Positions 36,050-48,700 of a DNA stretch of 64,000 nucleotides are shown in pieces. This DNA comes from Utricularia gibba (taxonomy: Eukaryota > Plantae > Magnoliophyta), in contig CM007989.1 in assembly GCA_002189035.1 (NCBI GenBank), positions 6,076,001-6,140,000 of the forward strand, given 5' to 3'. A program made the translations under genes and the position numbers. Position 1 is the first letter of the stretch; each line of letters opens with the position of its first letter. Below the pieces are notes generated by a model. That model searched no databases, had not been told where the DNA came from, and worked only from the letters and a program-made list of their open reading frames with translations.

Positions 36050-36720
36050 AATTCAAAGCCTTTTATGCACTAAACACCACATGATAATTAATTCTTGTTT
36101 GTACAACAAATTAAATCTCAGAACTTACCTAAAAAGCATTAGAAGAATCAGCAAATGAATATATCTCATGCTTATATCTATAAATAAATCTGTCTTAGTA
36201 CTCATTTTATCATACACTTCTTCAACATCAAATCCGTTGGGGTATTCAAACAAAAACGTAGCAAAATCATGTGAATCAACGTTTTGTTATGTACAGAAAC
36301 CTAATTTCACATTCTATTTGACAATTGAAATGAAAATTTTTCTCTAATAATCAAAATAATTGCTAATGGTGTAAGTATAATTTCTAGTTTTCTTATAAAA
36401 AAGTTAAACCAATTCATAAACAATTTCCATGTAAAATGAATAATTTGTATCACATAATATTAACTAGATAGTTAATTCAACCATAAAATGACATTTGCCA
36501 TTCATTCTAATTCTTTTAAAATCTCAAAATCAATGATTTGACAACTCAAAATATTTGATCATTGTACTTTTCTATATATACCTCATTATCAAAAATCAAC
36601 TATTTGATATTGAGTATGTCCACATAGTGCTTGAAGTAGAGGTAAGTTTTTATTGGCTATTTTTCGATTAGACTTCTCATTTCTTCATCTATATATCTCG
36701 TTGAATTCATAAATAATCAA
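36050..36720 (-). mobile_element. Athila-type accessory (env-like/ORF2) remnant
   Basis: NVKLGFCT*QNVDSHDFATFLFEYPNGFDVEEVY (~36320-36210) is homologous to NIALGFCSEQEVDSHEFVTLFFDYPHEFDLEEFY at ~52975-53075; YLYFKHYVDI corresponds to ISYFKHHAHV at ~52640. Confidence 0.7.
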
Positions 36721-37059
36721 ACAATAACATTTTCAAAAATGTCTAAATTTATGTTAAAATCCTATGCCTATGATAAAATATATTTATTTCTCTAATTAAA
36801 AATAACTAATAATTATATGTTATTATCTATATGAAAATTAGCAAATTTTTAGAAGTATATTTAACAACTCTATTAGTTTTATAATCTTAGTAATCAATTA
36901 TTCTTCTTTCTTAACTTAAATACCATGAAGAAATTTAAGGTTTGAGGTAAACCTTGATTATGTTTTTCTTTATTAATCTTGTTCTTGGTTATGAAAATGA
37001 TGATATCTATTGTGCCACATATTTTACTCTATTGCAGTTGCAAATTTGCATTGTTCCTC

Positions 37060-38830
37060 ATTACTTTCAATAATCACTCTTATTAAAAATAGCCTATTTG
37101 AACTTACCAAAGTGATGACTAGTAATCCACTTTAAATACTTTATAGAGTTTCTTTAAAAAATTATTGAAAAAGCTTTCTCAAACAACAAATCAATTTTTA
37201 GTAGGTCATTTTTTAGTTCAAGAATAAGTAATCACCGGATATTAAAAACTTTTATTCTTAAGTATGATAGAAATTGTTCTTATATGAGCTACTTTCAATC
37301 TCATTTCATTTTCAAAAGTTTGATATACTTGTTGGAGCTAAGATCAAGAGTTGTAAGTAAAATCTTGTTTATATTGTTTAGTATTATATGTGTATCTTGA
37401 AGTTACTTTGTAGTTATCAATTCGTATAATTAACTCATTATCGATTTGTTCTTTAAAGACATGATAAATTTGTTGAGCTTCAAAATATTCACTATGAAAA
37501 ATATCCTAATTTATAGTTGTAATATTATATTGATTCTTTATTAATATTTTTTTTTTACTTTATACCTTGTTGATTATATCCTTATGAGTTTTTTTTATTG
37601 GGTATTGTGCTTGATTTAGAAACACATGTTAATTTCTTTCTCCTTGATATATAGCTTCAACTTTCTAAATTTAGGTTCATATACTTAAATACGCATCCTT
37701 ATAATTATAGATATTACTCATCCAAAATACTCTTATCTTTATCGTCATTCATCTCAAAAATCTCAAATTCTCAATGGTGAAACTGAAGGTGGGATCGTTT
37801 GACTTTCCATTTCCTAGTTATGGAATCTGAAATTTCTTTTAAATATAGTTTTGTTGAATATCATATCTAAGTAGATTCTATCATTGAATTAAGAAAGATA
37901 ATTATTCACTTTTAAATCCTATAATAACTTTTTTTATATCCTTTCTTTTGCTGAAATTTGTTCATAAAGCAATTGGAATTCTCGATAAGCATTGCTTAAT
38001 TCTTATAATAGTATCAAATTTTGAGATAGATGATTGTATGAATCATCCACTATTGCTACCAATTGCCCTTATTTATTATTTTATTAATTACACTAAACAA
38101 AGTACCTATAAACCTATTGAGAAATAGAAATGGGTTTAAATAGAAATTACAATTCATCCAATGAAAACACTAATGCATAAACAAATGTACATGACACTTT
38201 ATTTTACCTTGAAAAAGTGAATTTATGAAGTGTTGAGAATATTGAAAAATCTAATTTCTTTCAACAATATGTTCATTTTAAGAATTATAAGAAATTTAGA
38301 TATTTGATATCTTTATTCATGTCTTCAAAAAAGTTCGTTTTGATAATTATACTTGTTTGGTATATGTGATCTCCAATATATGTGTGTAAAACAATTATAT
38401 AACTTATTTAATAATTTTTTTCATAAAATTTGAATTATATAATTTTAAACACATATTTGTGAAATTTATCTAACAAACATACTTCCAAATATAAACACAT
38501 AATACATATTAATATTAGGAGGTCAATGATGAAAACAAATTTATACAAATTATCCAATTATATGTTAATATTTATTAATGAAAATATATTATTTAAAAAT
38601 GGAGGAAGAGAATAGAGAAAATAATGATATGGTTTTTTTGGTAACATTTCATTCATTTGTGAATCTAATTTTTATTATTGTAAAGAAAAAACTTTTTTAT
38701 TCTTTATAATAAGTAAATCGTAAACAAGTACAATAATAAGATATTCAATTTCAATGTATTTGGATACCAAAATTGTGGTGAAGATACAAATAGATTTGAA
38801 ATACGTAATAGTAATATTATTTTATATATT
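37060..38830 (-). mobile_element. Ty1/copia gag-protease remnant, copy B (collinear relative of 33500-35600)
   Basis: Collinear shared blocks with copy A, e.g. aaaatagcctatttgaac (33631/37087), aatctcaaattctcaatggtga (~34429/~37759) and atgatatggtttttt (35349/38623). KWKVKRSHLQFHH*EFEIFEM gag motif at ~37820-37750. Confidence 0.75.
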
Positions 38831-39880
38831 TAAAAAATATTTTGTGGAATAAATAATCCTATAAAATATCTAATTGCTAGTAGTTGTCTTTTGGATTACG
38901 TATGGTGTGTTTAAAATGAAAGAGGGGGGGATTTTTAAAATCTCATAATTTTGTGGAAAATTGGAAATAAAGCAATATGGAGGGTGCGAGAGAAAAAGTG
39001 TTTTTACTAACAAGTAGCTCAGCATCCATGGAGATTACGCTTACACAAAGAAGGGGCAAGAAATCCAGCTTGGATTCTTGGTAAAGTCGTAAAGCTTGCT
39101 GTACTCCTCAACGCAATTGCATTTAATTGTACTAATCTCTGCGCTATTTATCCCGAAGTTACGCGCACCTTTTTTACTGCATTTTTCACCGGACGGACTC
39201 CACAGGTATTTGGGTTCCTCCGTCGACGCTGCTTTGCTTTTTACACAAGGTAACTTCTGCGCTTCCGTTTTGATCAGGAATTGAATTTTTTTGATGGGTT
39301 TTCTCAGGTTCCCTGTTTGCGATTCTGGGAAGTTTTCGTTTTGAGCAAAAACAACATAAAAAAAATATCCGTGCTTTTCTTGAATCTTTTACGCGTGAAA
39401 ACCACGCCAAAGGGAATATGTTTATGGTGTCTGAATGCGTTGAAATCCAGATCCATGGCTCTTGTGTGTGCGCTTATGTATGTTTCCTGCGAATCGAATC
39501 AATGAGCTGCAACATCTTTTTGTTTCTCTGTAGACGCCCTTGTTAAATGTAACGCAAACCTGTTCATTTGATAGACGGTTCATCTGTCTTTCCTTGGCTA
39601 AAATGGCACTTTTTGCTCTATCAAAATCAAGTTTTTAGGCTCAGTGAATGAATCTCTGAATTGAAGTAAATTGCGCATGGATATATATTAATTGATGGGA
39701 TTGTTCTATGGTCGTATATATTTTTACTGAACATCATGCAATCTTCTGGTAAAGAGTCGAAGGCGTAAAATTGTCAGAAGAAGCGCATGATACCAAAACC
39801 TGATCTTTTCTGAGTACTTACCTGTATTTTGACTGATTCATATATCTGCTTTCTGCAGGAGAATCTTAGGCACTGCGCTA

Positions 39881-40417
39881 ATGACTCGATCGAGGATAAA
39901 GTACGAGCTGATTCCAAACGAGCGTACACGCAGAGAAACATTCAAGAAAAGGAAGAGAGGCTTGTTCAAGAAGCTAAATGAACTACAAGTGCTCTGCAAC
40001 GTTGATGTCTGTGGTATAGTTATGAACGATAATGGGACGCGGCCAGAAGTTTTTCCATCTCTCCACGATGCCTCTCGTGTGATCCAGCGGTTTAACAACT
40101 TGCCCCCTTCCACGAAGGGGACGAATATGGTGGATCAGCTTCGATATCTCCGGATCAATCTGAATAGGGTCTCCACAAATGTAGACAAGGAGAGCAGGAA
40201 GGTCAAGTCTTTAGAGAATGAAGTTGTCTTAGCAGAGTGTCTGAAAAATGAAGAAGGTGTCAAGGTGGAAACCTCAGAGCGTCTGCACGAGATGCTTCGT
40301 TTGTTGGAGAGGAAGATTGCAATGGTTGATCATAGAATTGCTGATATAGAGAAGAGTGAGGCTTATCACGGAAAAGGGAAGAAGCCACTTGAAGATCCAG
40401 GAAAATGTAATCATTAG
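39881..40417 (+). CDS. Type I MADS-box transcription factor (M-gamma clade, AGL80-like; 178 aa, single coding exon)
   Basis: MTRSRIKYELIPNERTRRETFKKRKRGLFKKLNELQVLCNVDVCGIV..PEVFPS..RVIQRFNNLP..MVDQLRYLR resembles M-gamma MADS domains (MTRKKVKLAFI.N...RKATFKKRKKGL.KK..EL..LC.V.AC.I) followed by a coiled-coil region; no K-domain exons. Confidence 0.92.
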   Translation: MTRSRIKYELIPNERTRRETFKKRKRGLFKKLNELQVLCNVDVCGIVMNDNGTRPEVFPSLHDASRVIQRFNNLPPSTKGTNMVDQLRYLRINLNRVSTNVDKESRKVKSLENEVVLAECLKNEEGVKVETSERLHEMLRLLERKIAMVDHRIADIEKSEAYHGKGKKPLEDPGKCNH

Positions 40418-41407
40418 CCACACTGATGGTCCGTAAGTAACTTATAAACGTATACTATGGAAGATTAGGGGTGAATCTTAATCCGATAAAAACCAATTAA
40501 CACACTTTTCAATTTCTGATTACCAAAAAGACCAACGAATTGAACATTGTCACCCTATATGGAATCCTTAATGACTATAATAATTGTGCAAGAAAAACAT
40601 TCTATTAAAAATGGAGCTTCTCACAAACTAGATACACTTGTTTATGGAGAACAAATTCGTCAGGCTTCATGCCATACATAAATAATTCAGAGAAACCCTT
40701 GATCCCCAAATATGCCCGTACTTTGGTCAGCTAACCGTCTTTTTGGAGAAACGTATCTAAAACATTTTGATTCTTCTTTGTCTCTGGTGGAGATGCACGT
40801 GTTCCTACAGTGGATACCGTAAAGCATAAACAAAAGAGCACCAAGAAATGCAACACCAGCTGAGAATCACATGGCAAACAAACCAATGTCTTAACTTCTT
40901 GTCTTTCTTCCTTACCCTTTGTGAAGTAAACTTGGCAATGGCTAACTTGATGGATGCACGAAGAAAGTAGAATTGCGCGCCAATGAACTTGGAAGGTCAT
41001 GAAATCAGCCCACCAACCAAAAAAAAAAAAAATGAGGCAGCAATTGATATGATATAAAAGAAGCAAAGAAAGAACGCTGAAGGGAATCAGGGATCGGAGG
41101 AAATGTATTTCTCATGGCCATTCCCAGGAGGTAAAGGCAGCAACCTGCTCCACAAGGCGATAGGATATGAGAACGCATCCTCTGGATAAATGGGAGTCAA
41201 CAGAAAATGACTCAACCATGCATTCTACAGAGAAGCTTTTTCTTTGATGATTCGAGTCACTGGGTCATGTGATAATTGTGTAGATAATCACCCCATTTTG
41301 GGAATCATCATGAAGATGAGACAGAATAACCAACACCACAAAATAACACCAAAACATCGGCATCTATTATAATACAAAAGCGTACCAAGAGGAAATCAAA
41401 TTTCTAA

Positions 41408-41523
41408 AAATTTCATTACCCTGTGACTAGAAAAAACAGATAGACGACTACAAAGTCGAAATGTGCAAAATTTCATTACCCTGTGAGATCAACATCAAAA
41501 ACTACAAGAGGTCGAAATGTGCA
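41408..41523. repeat. Degenerate 56-60 bp tandem duplication
   Basis: Two units, each starting AAATTTCATTACCCTGTGA (41408, 41468) and ending GTCGAAATGTGCA (41467, 41523), with divergent middles. Confidence 0.85.
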
Positions 41524-43399
41524 CTAAGGCAAAATCGGATCTGAAAAAAAAAAAAACTGACATATGATTAATATCAATTTAAATGAACGCTGATTAAAAA
41601 AACCTGTCTTCCAATGAAACTACCTGCTAACAGTATTTACAGAAAATAATATGACTCAACATTCCCAATCACTAATAACTAGTCGAAATTCGTCTAAACA
41701 GCCCTCTAACCTCGCCTAGTCAGGCTCCGGCTTCCTGGTAATTGATAATGTGAATGAAAATCGACCTAGGGGTAAAACTCGAGGCATTGTCGACTGCGGC
41801 GGCCTTCTCGTGATGCGAACTAACTTGCAATCGATCTTTGCGTTGATTGCCCCAAAGACCACACTTGTAGTATAGCGCCGAGAGCGAAGACTTCCCACTC
41901 CGCGAATCAGTTCCGCAATCCAAGCCCTGCAGCTCGTTAGGTCATAGAACAAAAAAAAGTTAATGTAAATTACATATTTTATAACTTTAACGTAACTCAT
42001 AATATAAGCTATTAAATAAATAGAATCCAAATAAATAATAATGGTATAAGTTGTAAGTTGTTAATAATTTAAGTAAATTTTTTTTTAAGTTATTCATAAT
42101 AAATAAAGGTAAATAGTAAAAAAGTAGAAATAAAATATAAATTATTATCAAAGTATTGTTATGTATGAATCTTTGTAATAAATTTGATTTATTCTCAAAT
42201 GGGAAATAATTAAAAAGAAAGAGAATGAGAAGAAGTTCATGTGTTACTTCTCATTTCTTAAATAAAAAAAGAGTAAGATAAATAGATTCCAAAAAGGAAA
42301 ATAAAGAAGAATGAAATGTTGTTTTACATGATAATTCTTCTTTTTTAAGAATTATAATTTATTTGATAAAAAAATATACAGAACATACATTAAGTCTATG
42401 TTGATTTGTAGACTATAAATACATAGAAATATACATAACTAAACAGAATTTGATATCAATCCAAATAAATTATGGGAGGGTAAAATATTCACAAAAAAAT
42501 TATAAGAGATTTCTATTCTTACTAGAATCAAAATTATGGAAGATTATGTAGGATAATACCGTATCTTTGTATTTGACAAATAATAAAAATAAAATATGAG
42601 TATAATAATTTGTAAACCAATCCAACAAAACAAAAATAATATATCATATTTCATCAATATTATTTTTTCTTGTATGCTGCTTGCAATACCCTAGATCCAT
42701 TTCACATGAATATCATTGTATTCTTTTTCTACCAACTTTTGTTTACGAATAAAAATATGGATTGTGAGCTAGATGAAAAGGAGTCTTCCAACATGATTAC
42801 TCTAATGGATACTCAAATTGATAAGAATATGTGGTTTGCAATATTTCAAAATCATCTGGTCATGTATTCATATGGATCAATTTTGAAGTATTTGTAAGCT
42901 TGAAAAGAGATAAAATAATAAACATTTTGAAATATAAAATATTTTAAAATAGTTTTTTAAATGAGTATTTGCATTGAGTGTGAGCAACTGATCATATAAA
43001 CTAACCATTTACCACATGCATAAGAATAGTTTCTCAAATTAACTTTGTAAACCTAAAGGGTGCAACCTGATTTATTTGGAAAAGTGACAGATACTATTCT
43101 AGTATTTGTGCTTTTCTATCCTACCAACTCTATCTTAACTAATTTTTTTCTGATCATAGATGTCATTCTTGTTTCAAACGATTTATCTCTCCTTGATGTT
43201 CTTGAAAATAATCTAGACAACACAAAAACATAGTCTGTGCAATAGGCGTAGGAGATAGCTGACGAGCACGTTTAAGTACACAATTCATGATTTCTGATCA
43301 ATTTGATGTTACATACTTATACCTATATAAATGATGTTAATAATTGTAATTTTTATAAATTCAATTCAAAATTATCATTAAATCAAAAAAATGAATTTA

Positions 43400-44460
43400 A
43401 TTCAATTTTAATATACGAAAAAATAAAGATATAAAAGAATATACCTTGCAATACTATCATGAGCAAATGCCGATCATGTTGGATTGAGGTTTCTCAATTA
43501 TTGATGTGCTTCTTCATTTATTTTATGAATATTTTTCATGATACTATTAAATTTGCTTACATCTTCACCTTATGCAACTGACCATATTTTTTAAATGAAA
43601 ATTCTTAAATTTATCCATGAAGTTGAATATCATATGCCGCATACAAAACCAATAACAATTTTGAGATTCATTAAATGTTGGATTGTAACATAGACCCTCT
43701 ATTAAACTAGAGCATCAATCGAATATAAGACATCATTCACTATCGTTGAACAATATATATGCTAAGGAGATCAAGAGTTTAATACTGTGAATATTTCAAT
43801 TCAAGCTAATTGCAAAATATGACCACCAACATTAAGAGCTGTAGCAATAAGAATTTTGTATTGATAATTTGATTGCAAATGTGTCATATCAACCATAATA
43901 ACTAATCAAAAATACTTATATGTATCAATATGTGAACCAAATACCCAAAAAATATAATATATGATTGAACTTCCATTCTCCAAAGATATATTGTTGTATT
44001 AAAAAATGGTAGAATCATGAAAACTAATGTTTAAGAAGAATAAAATATTATAGAAATAATATAGTTTCCCATGTATCATATATTTCTCGTTTATATAACT
44101 TGAAAAAAGCATAACAATTTAGGAACAAATGTTTCCCATGTGTCATATATTTCTTGCATTGCTAAATTGACTGCTCATCCTCACCTTTGTATCAAACGTG
44201 AAGTGATTTGTGATCAATCTGTAAACCTCACCAATTGTGATAGCGGGATCTCTCTTAATATCAAAAAGTATCTTAGAAGCTACAAATATCATACTCAGAT
44301 TGTCGTGATTCAGAGATAAGTTATTGCTAATATAACATTTATGCTTCACTTTGTACCTAGAAACCTTCCAGACCTGCAAATTTTTTTTTTTGAATATACC
44401 TCTTATTCTCCAATGACAAAGCCACATTCCATTTTTTTTGTGGTAATGCACCTCTCATAC
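43400..44460 (-). mobile_element. Degenerate MULE transposase remnant
   Basis: ORF 44143-44451 (HDNLSMIFVASKILFDIKRDPAITIGEV) resembles MuDR H..L....IA..I...I..DP...I. Further on, CYWFCMRH (~43660-43630; cf. HRFCMRH) and HDRH (~43480; cf. ISDRH). Confidence 0.6.
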
Positions 44461-44699
44461 TTTTTTCATACTATATTTTACAATATATACTCTTTTACTT
44501 TTATACAATACCTTTGAATGGCCATTTGAAAAGGCTCTTTAGAGCTAAAGCAGATACAATCGTTAATTTGGTAGAGAATTGAAATGGAATCTATTAATAT
44601 AGGAGGAATATAAGTTGTAAGCAAATTTCTAGGATTTCATGATAGCTGATTTTGTATTGTAGCATTTGTAATCTCATCTTAATAAAATTGATTCACTTC

Positions 44700-47600
44700 T
44701 AATTGGTTCATCAGCAGTGGAAATATCTGAATATATATGATCAACATCAATAATTAAAAAGGTGAGCAGCTACCAACAAAACCTCTTCAATATTCATGTT
44801 AATCCCACTTGAATTTCGTAAAATATCAATGAGATTAGTGAGAATGACATTATTATCTACCCAAACATGATAGAATCGATAAAAAGGAAATTGTGAAACA
44901 TTATCATTCAAATATTTTCCATTACAAATAGTGAGTGGGTGAATCCAATTCATGTTGTACCTAAGAAGATGGAGATGATTCTTGTGGAAAATAAAAAAGG
45001 TGAACTTGTGCCACAAAGAATTCAAAATGGATGACTAGTTTGCATAAATTACAAAAGGTAATTATCTCATACTTTTCATTGATTAAATGCTTGATAAATT
45101 AGCAGTAAAATCATTTTATTTTTTTTTGAATGAAATTTTGGATATAACCAAGTTGTTGTTTCATGAAAGAATCAAAACAAAATAACCTTTACTTTTCCAT
45201 TCGGATCTACACCTATAGAAAGATTTCTATCGGCTTGTATAATGCCCCTACTACATTCCAAAGTTGTATAACCAATATTTTCGCCAATTTCAATGATGAT
45301 TTCATTAAAATTTTTATAGATGATTTTATGGTAAATGACGGTATTGTTTTTTGTCATATTATTCTAGAGGAAGTGTTGAAGTAGATAAAACCAAAATTGA
45401 GATCAACATGGTGGTTTACCATCTCAAAAAAATAGAAAAGACCATGAATGATAGACCTATCATAGAAACATTTTCAAACGAACAATTATTCTTAGTGAGA
45501 GCTAGCATTTGTGTACCATAATTTACTGATTTGGCTAATTTTGTTTCAACAGAGGTGATGCCATCATGAATTTACTATCATGCAAAGAACAAATTGAAAA
45601 GTGATTCTAAATAAGATACCTTGAATGATCCTTGTGGAAAAGATGCAATTATAGCATCATTCAAAGGTGTATTTATTGAATCATGTCATGCAAAACCATT
45701 TGGTGAATATCATGGACTAAATCGCATAGCTTGGAAGATTTTAGATTGTGTGCTTTATTGAATAAACATTTATATAGATTGCTATGTTGGATCATGTCAA
45801 TGAATTGGGAATTTATCCATTAAGAGTGAAATGCCTTAGTGAGAAATTATATTATGTGAACTATTTGATATTTGGGATATTAATTTCATGGGTCATTCCC
45901 CACTTTTAGACAATTTAATAATATTTTAATCATTATTAATTATGCATCCAAGTGGATTGAGACTATTTGGACAATAACAGAAAATGCAAAAAACAATCAT
46001 GAATTTTCTGTGAAACAACATTTGCGTGTGCTATGAGACACCTAAGTTATTGATCAGTGATAGAGGCATTCATTTGTACAATCAAGCCTTAAGGAGTTTG
46101 TTGAAGCAGTTTAATGTTTGCTACAATCCTTCGATAATGTATCGTCTACAAACAAATTGACAGTAGAAGGTATCAAACCAGGAGATCAAGCAGACTTTTG
46201 AAATTAATGAATCCAAACAAAAAATACTTGAGCATTAGGCTAATAGATGCTTTATAGGATATACTAATAGCACAGACACCAATTGGGGCTTTGCCATTTC
46301 AATTAGTCTATGGAAAACTTTGTAAACTACTAGCAATATTGCAGTATAAAGCTTGGTGGGCTTTTGAAAGATTGAATGTAGATGAGAATCTTAGTGAAAG
46401 TCACAAGAAACCAGAGCTTTTTAAATTGGAAGAGTTGAGAAATGATATCTATGAAAGTTGATCATTATTTAAAGCTATGATTAAAAATTATTATGATAAA
46501 CACATTTCTTGAAGGTCATTTGAGACTGGTCAAAAAGTCTTGATGTTTAGTCTAGATTAAAGTTGCATTTAGGGAAGCTTAAATCATATTGGATAGGAAT
46601 TTTGCATCAAGATGTAAGTCCTGAATCGCAATTTGTGCTGAAGAAAGTTTTTCCTAATAGAATGGTGGACATTCATGATCAAGACACTAAAAGAGTTTGT
46701 AGAGAATGGTCATAGATTGAAAATATTTTATGAAAGTCTTCCAAACAGCTTTATGGAGGAAAATCAAGTCATTGTTCTGATGGACACCCGACCAATGTAT
46801 AAGATATTGGAAGTTAAGTCAAAGACTTAAAATAAAGATGCTTGTGGGAAGCAACAAAGATTTTCTTTTTTTTTTTTAGCAACTTAGGTTAATTTAGAAG
46901 AAGGCATAATTCCATTGAAAAAGAGGGAGATTATTATGCCGGGGATTTAGTTTCAAATTTAGGATCAAACATTAGTTTTTTATATAATTACCCATAAAAC
47001 CTTGGTTAATCAAAGATTAAAATCTCCCCTTTTTTCTTGTTCCTAGTTGTTCTTTGAATTGTAGTAAGGTTTGCGAAAACTGGCAAGTGGCAAGAACAAT
47101 AGTAGGAAAGGAAAAATTGCAGAAGAAACACCTATTGCTCTCACCCAAAAACAATGTTATGCATCAAAGTTATAGAAAAAAAATGTCATGGGAGGGGAGG
47201 GGGGAGGTCAACACCATTCTGCATGCAGCGCATCTAAGAAGGATTCTCGTATTAGAAGAAGAAGAATCTTCTAGATTCTTAGGAATACACACCTAAAATT
47301 GCTTATCAACTTAGGATTACAATAGAAATTAAAGGAGTATGCATCAGAGTTACAAGGGTAAAAAGGAAATGGAGGAAAACCTGCTAATCATCCCAAGTTC
47401 TTGGCTGGTAAGAAGTAAAACTAAAGGTAAAAAGAAAACATCAATTAGAAAGTAGGTAGTTGAAAAGATAGTTGAAGAGGCTTTTGAAGAAGTGGAAGAG
47501 AATGATCAATTCGAAGAAGAAGTGGGAGCAACAATTGAAAAGACTTTCGAAAAATAAGGAAAAGGAAACATTGGAATGGTAGAGTTAGTTTATGAATTTG

Positions 47601-47700
47601 CTTTAACTTTTTGTTAAGAGAAATCAGAAACTGTGCTTATACGAACAATGTTTACATTTAGATTATTAGGGAAAGATTTTTCCTTTTCAATTGCAATGTG
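44700..47700 (+). mobile_element. Degenerate Athila/Tat-type Ty3/gypsy retrotransposon (RT, integrase, ORF2 remnant)
   Basis: PNMIESIKKEIVK..SEWVNPIHVVPKKME..VENKKGELVPQRIQNG*LVCINY (~44855-45055); TYRKISIGLYNAPTTFQSC..IFIDDFMV (ORF 45163-45384); integrase motifs at ~45700-46550 (ISDRGIH, PIGALPFQLVYGK); and the Athila post-pol motif gcttgtgggaagcaac at ~46840. Confidence 0.88.
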
Positions 47701-47899
47701 GAATGTTACACTAGGTTTCTGTTCAGAATGAAATGTTGATTTGCATGTCTTTTCTGCATTCTTGTTTGATTATTGATAAACAAAAATTTCCTAATATCGT
47801 TGCAAATAAAAATAGAAAATCTGTATCAAATAAATTTATAATCCCTAATCTACACAAAATACAAATTTGGAAAACTTATAGTGGATATCGGGGTCGATC

Positions 47900-48700
47900 A
47901 CGAAGAGCTTGTACTTTCTAAGTTTTTTAGTACATGCATAATTTCGGATAACTATTAGTCTAAGTTCAGACTAATAGTGGTAAACAAATTCAGTAAACAA
48001 GGTAGGTGAGCAATATCAGGTCTTGACGCTAAGGTAACTGGTACTGGTTTTGACTCAAACTAATACGAAGACACCTTAAGGATCTGTAGGTGGTGTTATG
48101 CTAAGTTTTCTAACTTAATTTACTTTCTTCCTACACTCACAACTTCAAATAACCTAAGTCTACCCAGGTTATTCACCATATTTTCGGTTAAGCTAGTCCT
48201 CAATATCATAACCAACGTTGCAATTAGGTCTACCCGCATGCAAGACATATAGAACTAGGTCTACCCGGTTCTACTGGTTCTACCCTGAACTAACACCAAT
48301 TGCTCACGTTTTGGTTTGTTAGTCTACCTCTAAACCAAGCATCTAATTTGTGAAACTACTTGTTTCCCTAGTTAGGTCTATCCATGGTTTGTTAGAAACA
48401 AGAGTTAAAGAATACACATAAATCCTATCATCCATCCTAAGCACACACCACACCACTTCTCCTTAAGGCATCCTTAAGACTCTAGTCACTCATGATTTGG
48501 AAATAAAACACGATTTCATTCATATAAGTTGGCCAAAATGACAGAAACATTGTAAACAAATCAAACGCAGAAACTTGAAATGTTCAGAAAACAGAAAGTA
48601 AATAAAGATTGTTCTCCCGCCCATTAGCTACTGTTCACAGCTCGTAACAGTAGCACTGGACTGGACTCCGATGCTACTCTTGGTGATGAAGGCCTTCCTT
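47900..48700 (-). repeat. Athila-type LTR-like fragment
   Basis: Repeated actaggtctacc/ggtctacctctaaa/ccttaaggcatcc motifs shared with 3700-4450 and 5040-5500. Confidence 0.55.

Noticed and set aside
41244-41312. Imperfect hairpin TGATGATTC..GAATCATCA
   Set aside because: A 9-bp outer stem with large internal loops; not miRNA-precursor quality.
41820-41860. Resemblance to the U4 snRNA 5' end (ATCTTTGCG; TTGGGGCAAT)
   Set aside because: The two matches are on opposite strands, the rest of U4 and the Sm site are absent, and there is no clear USE/TATA promoter.
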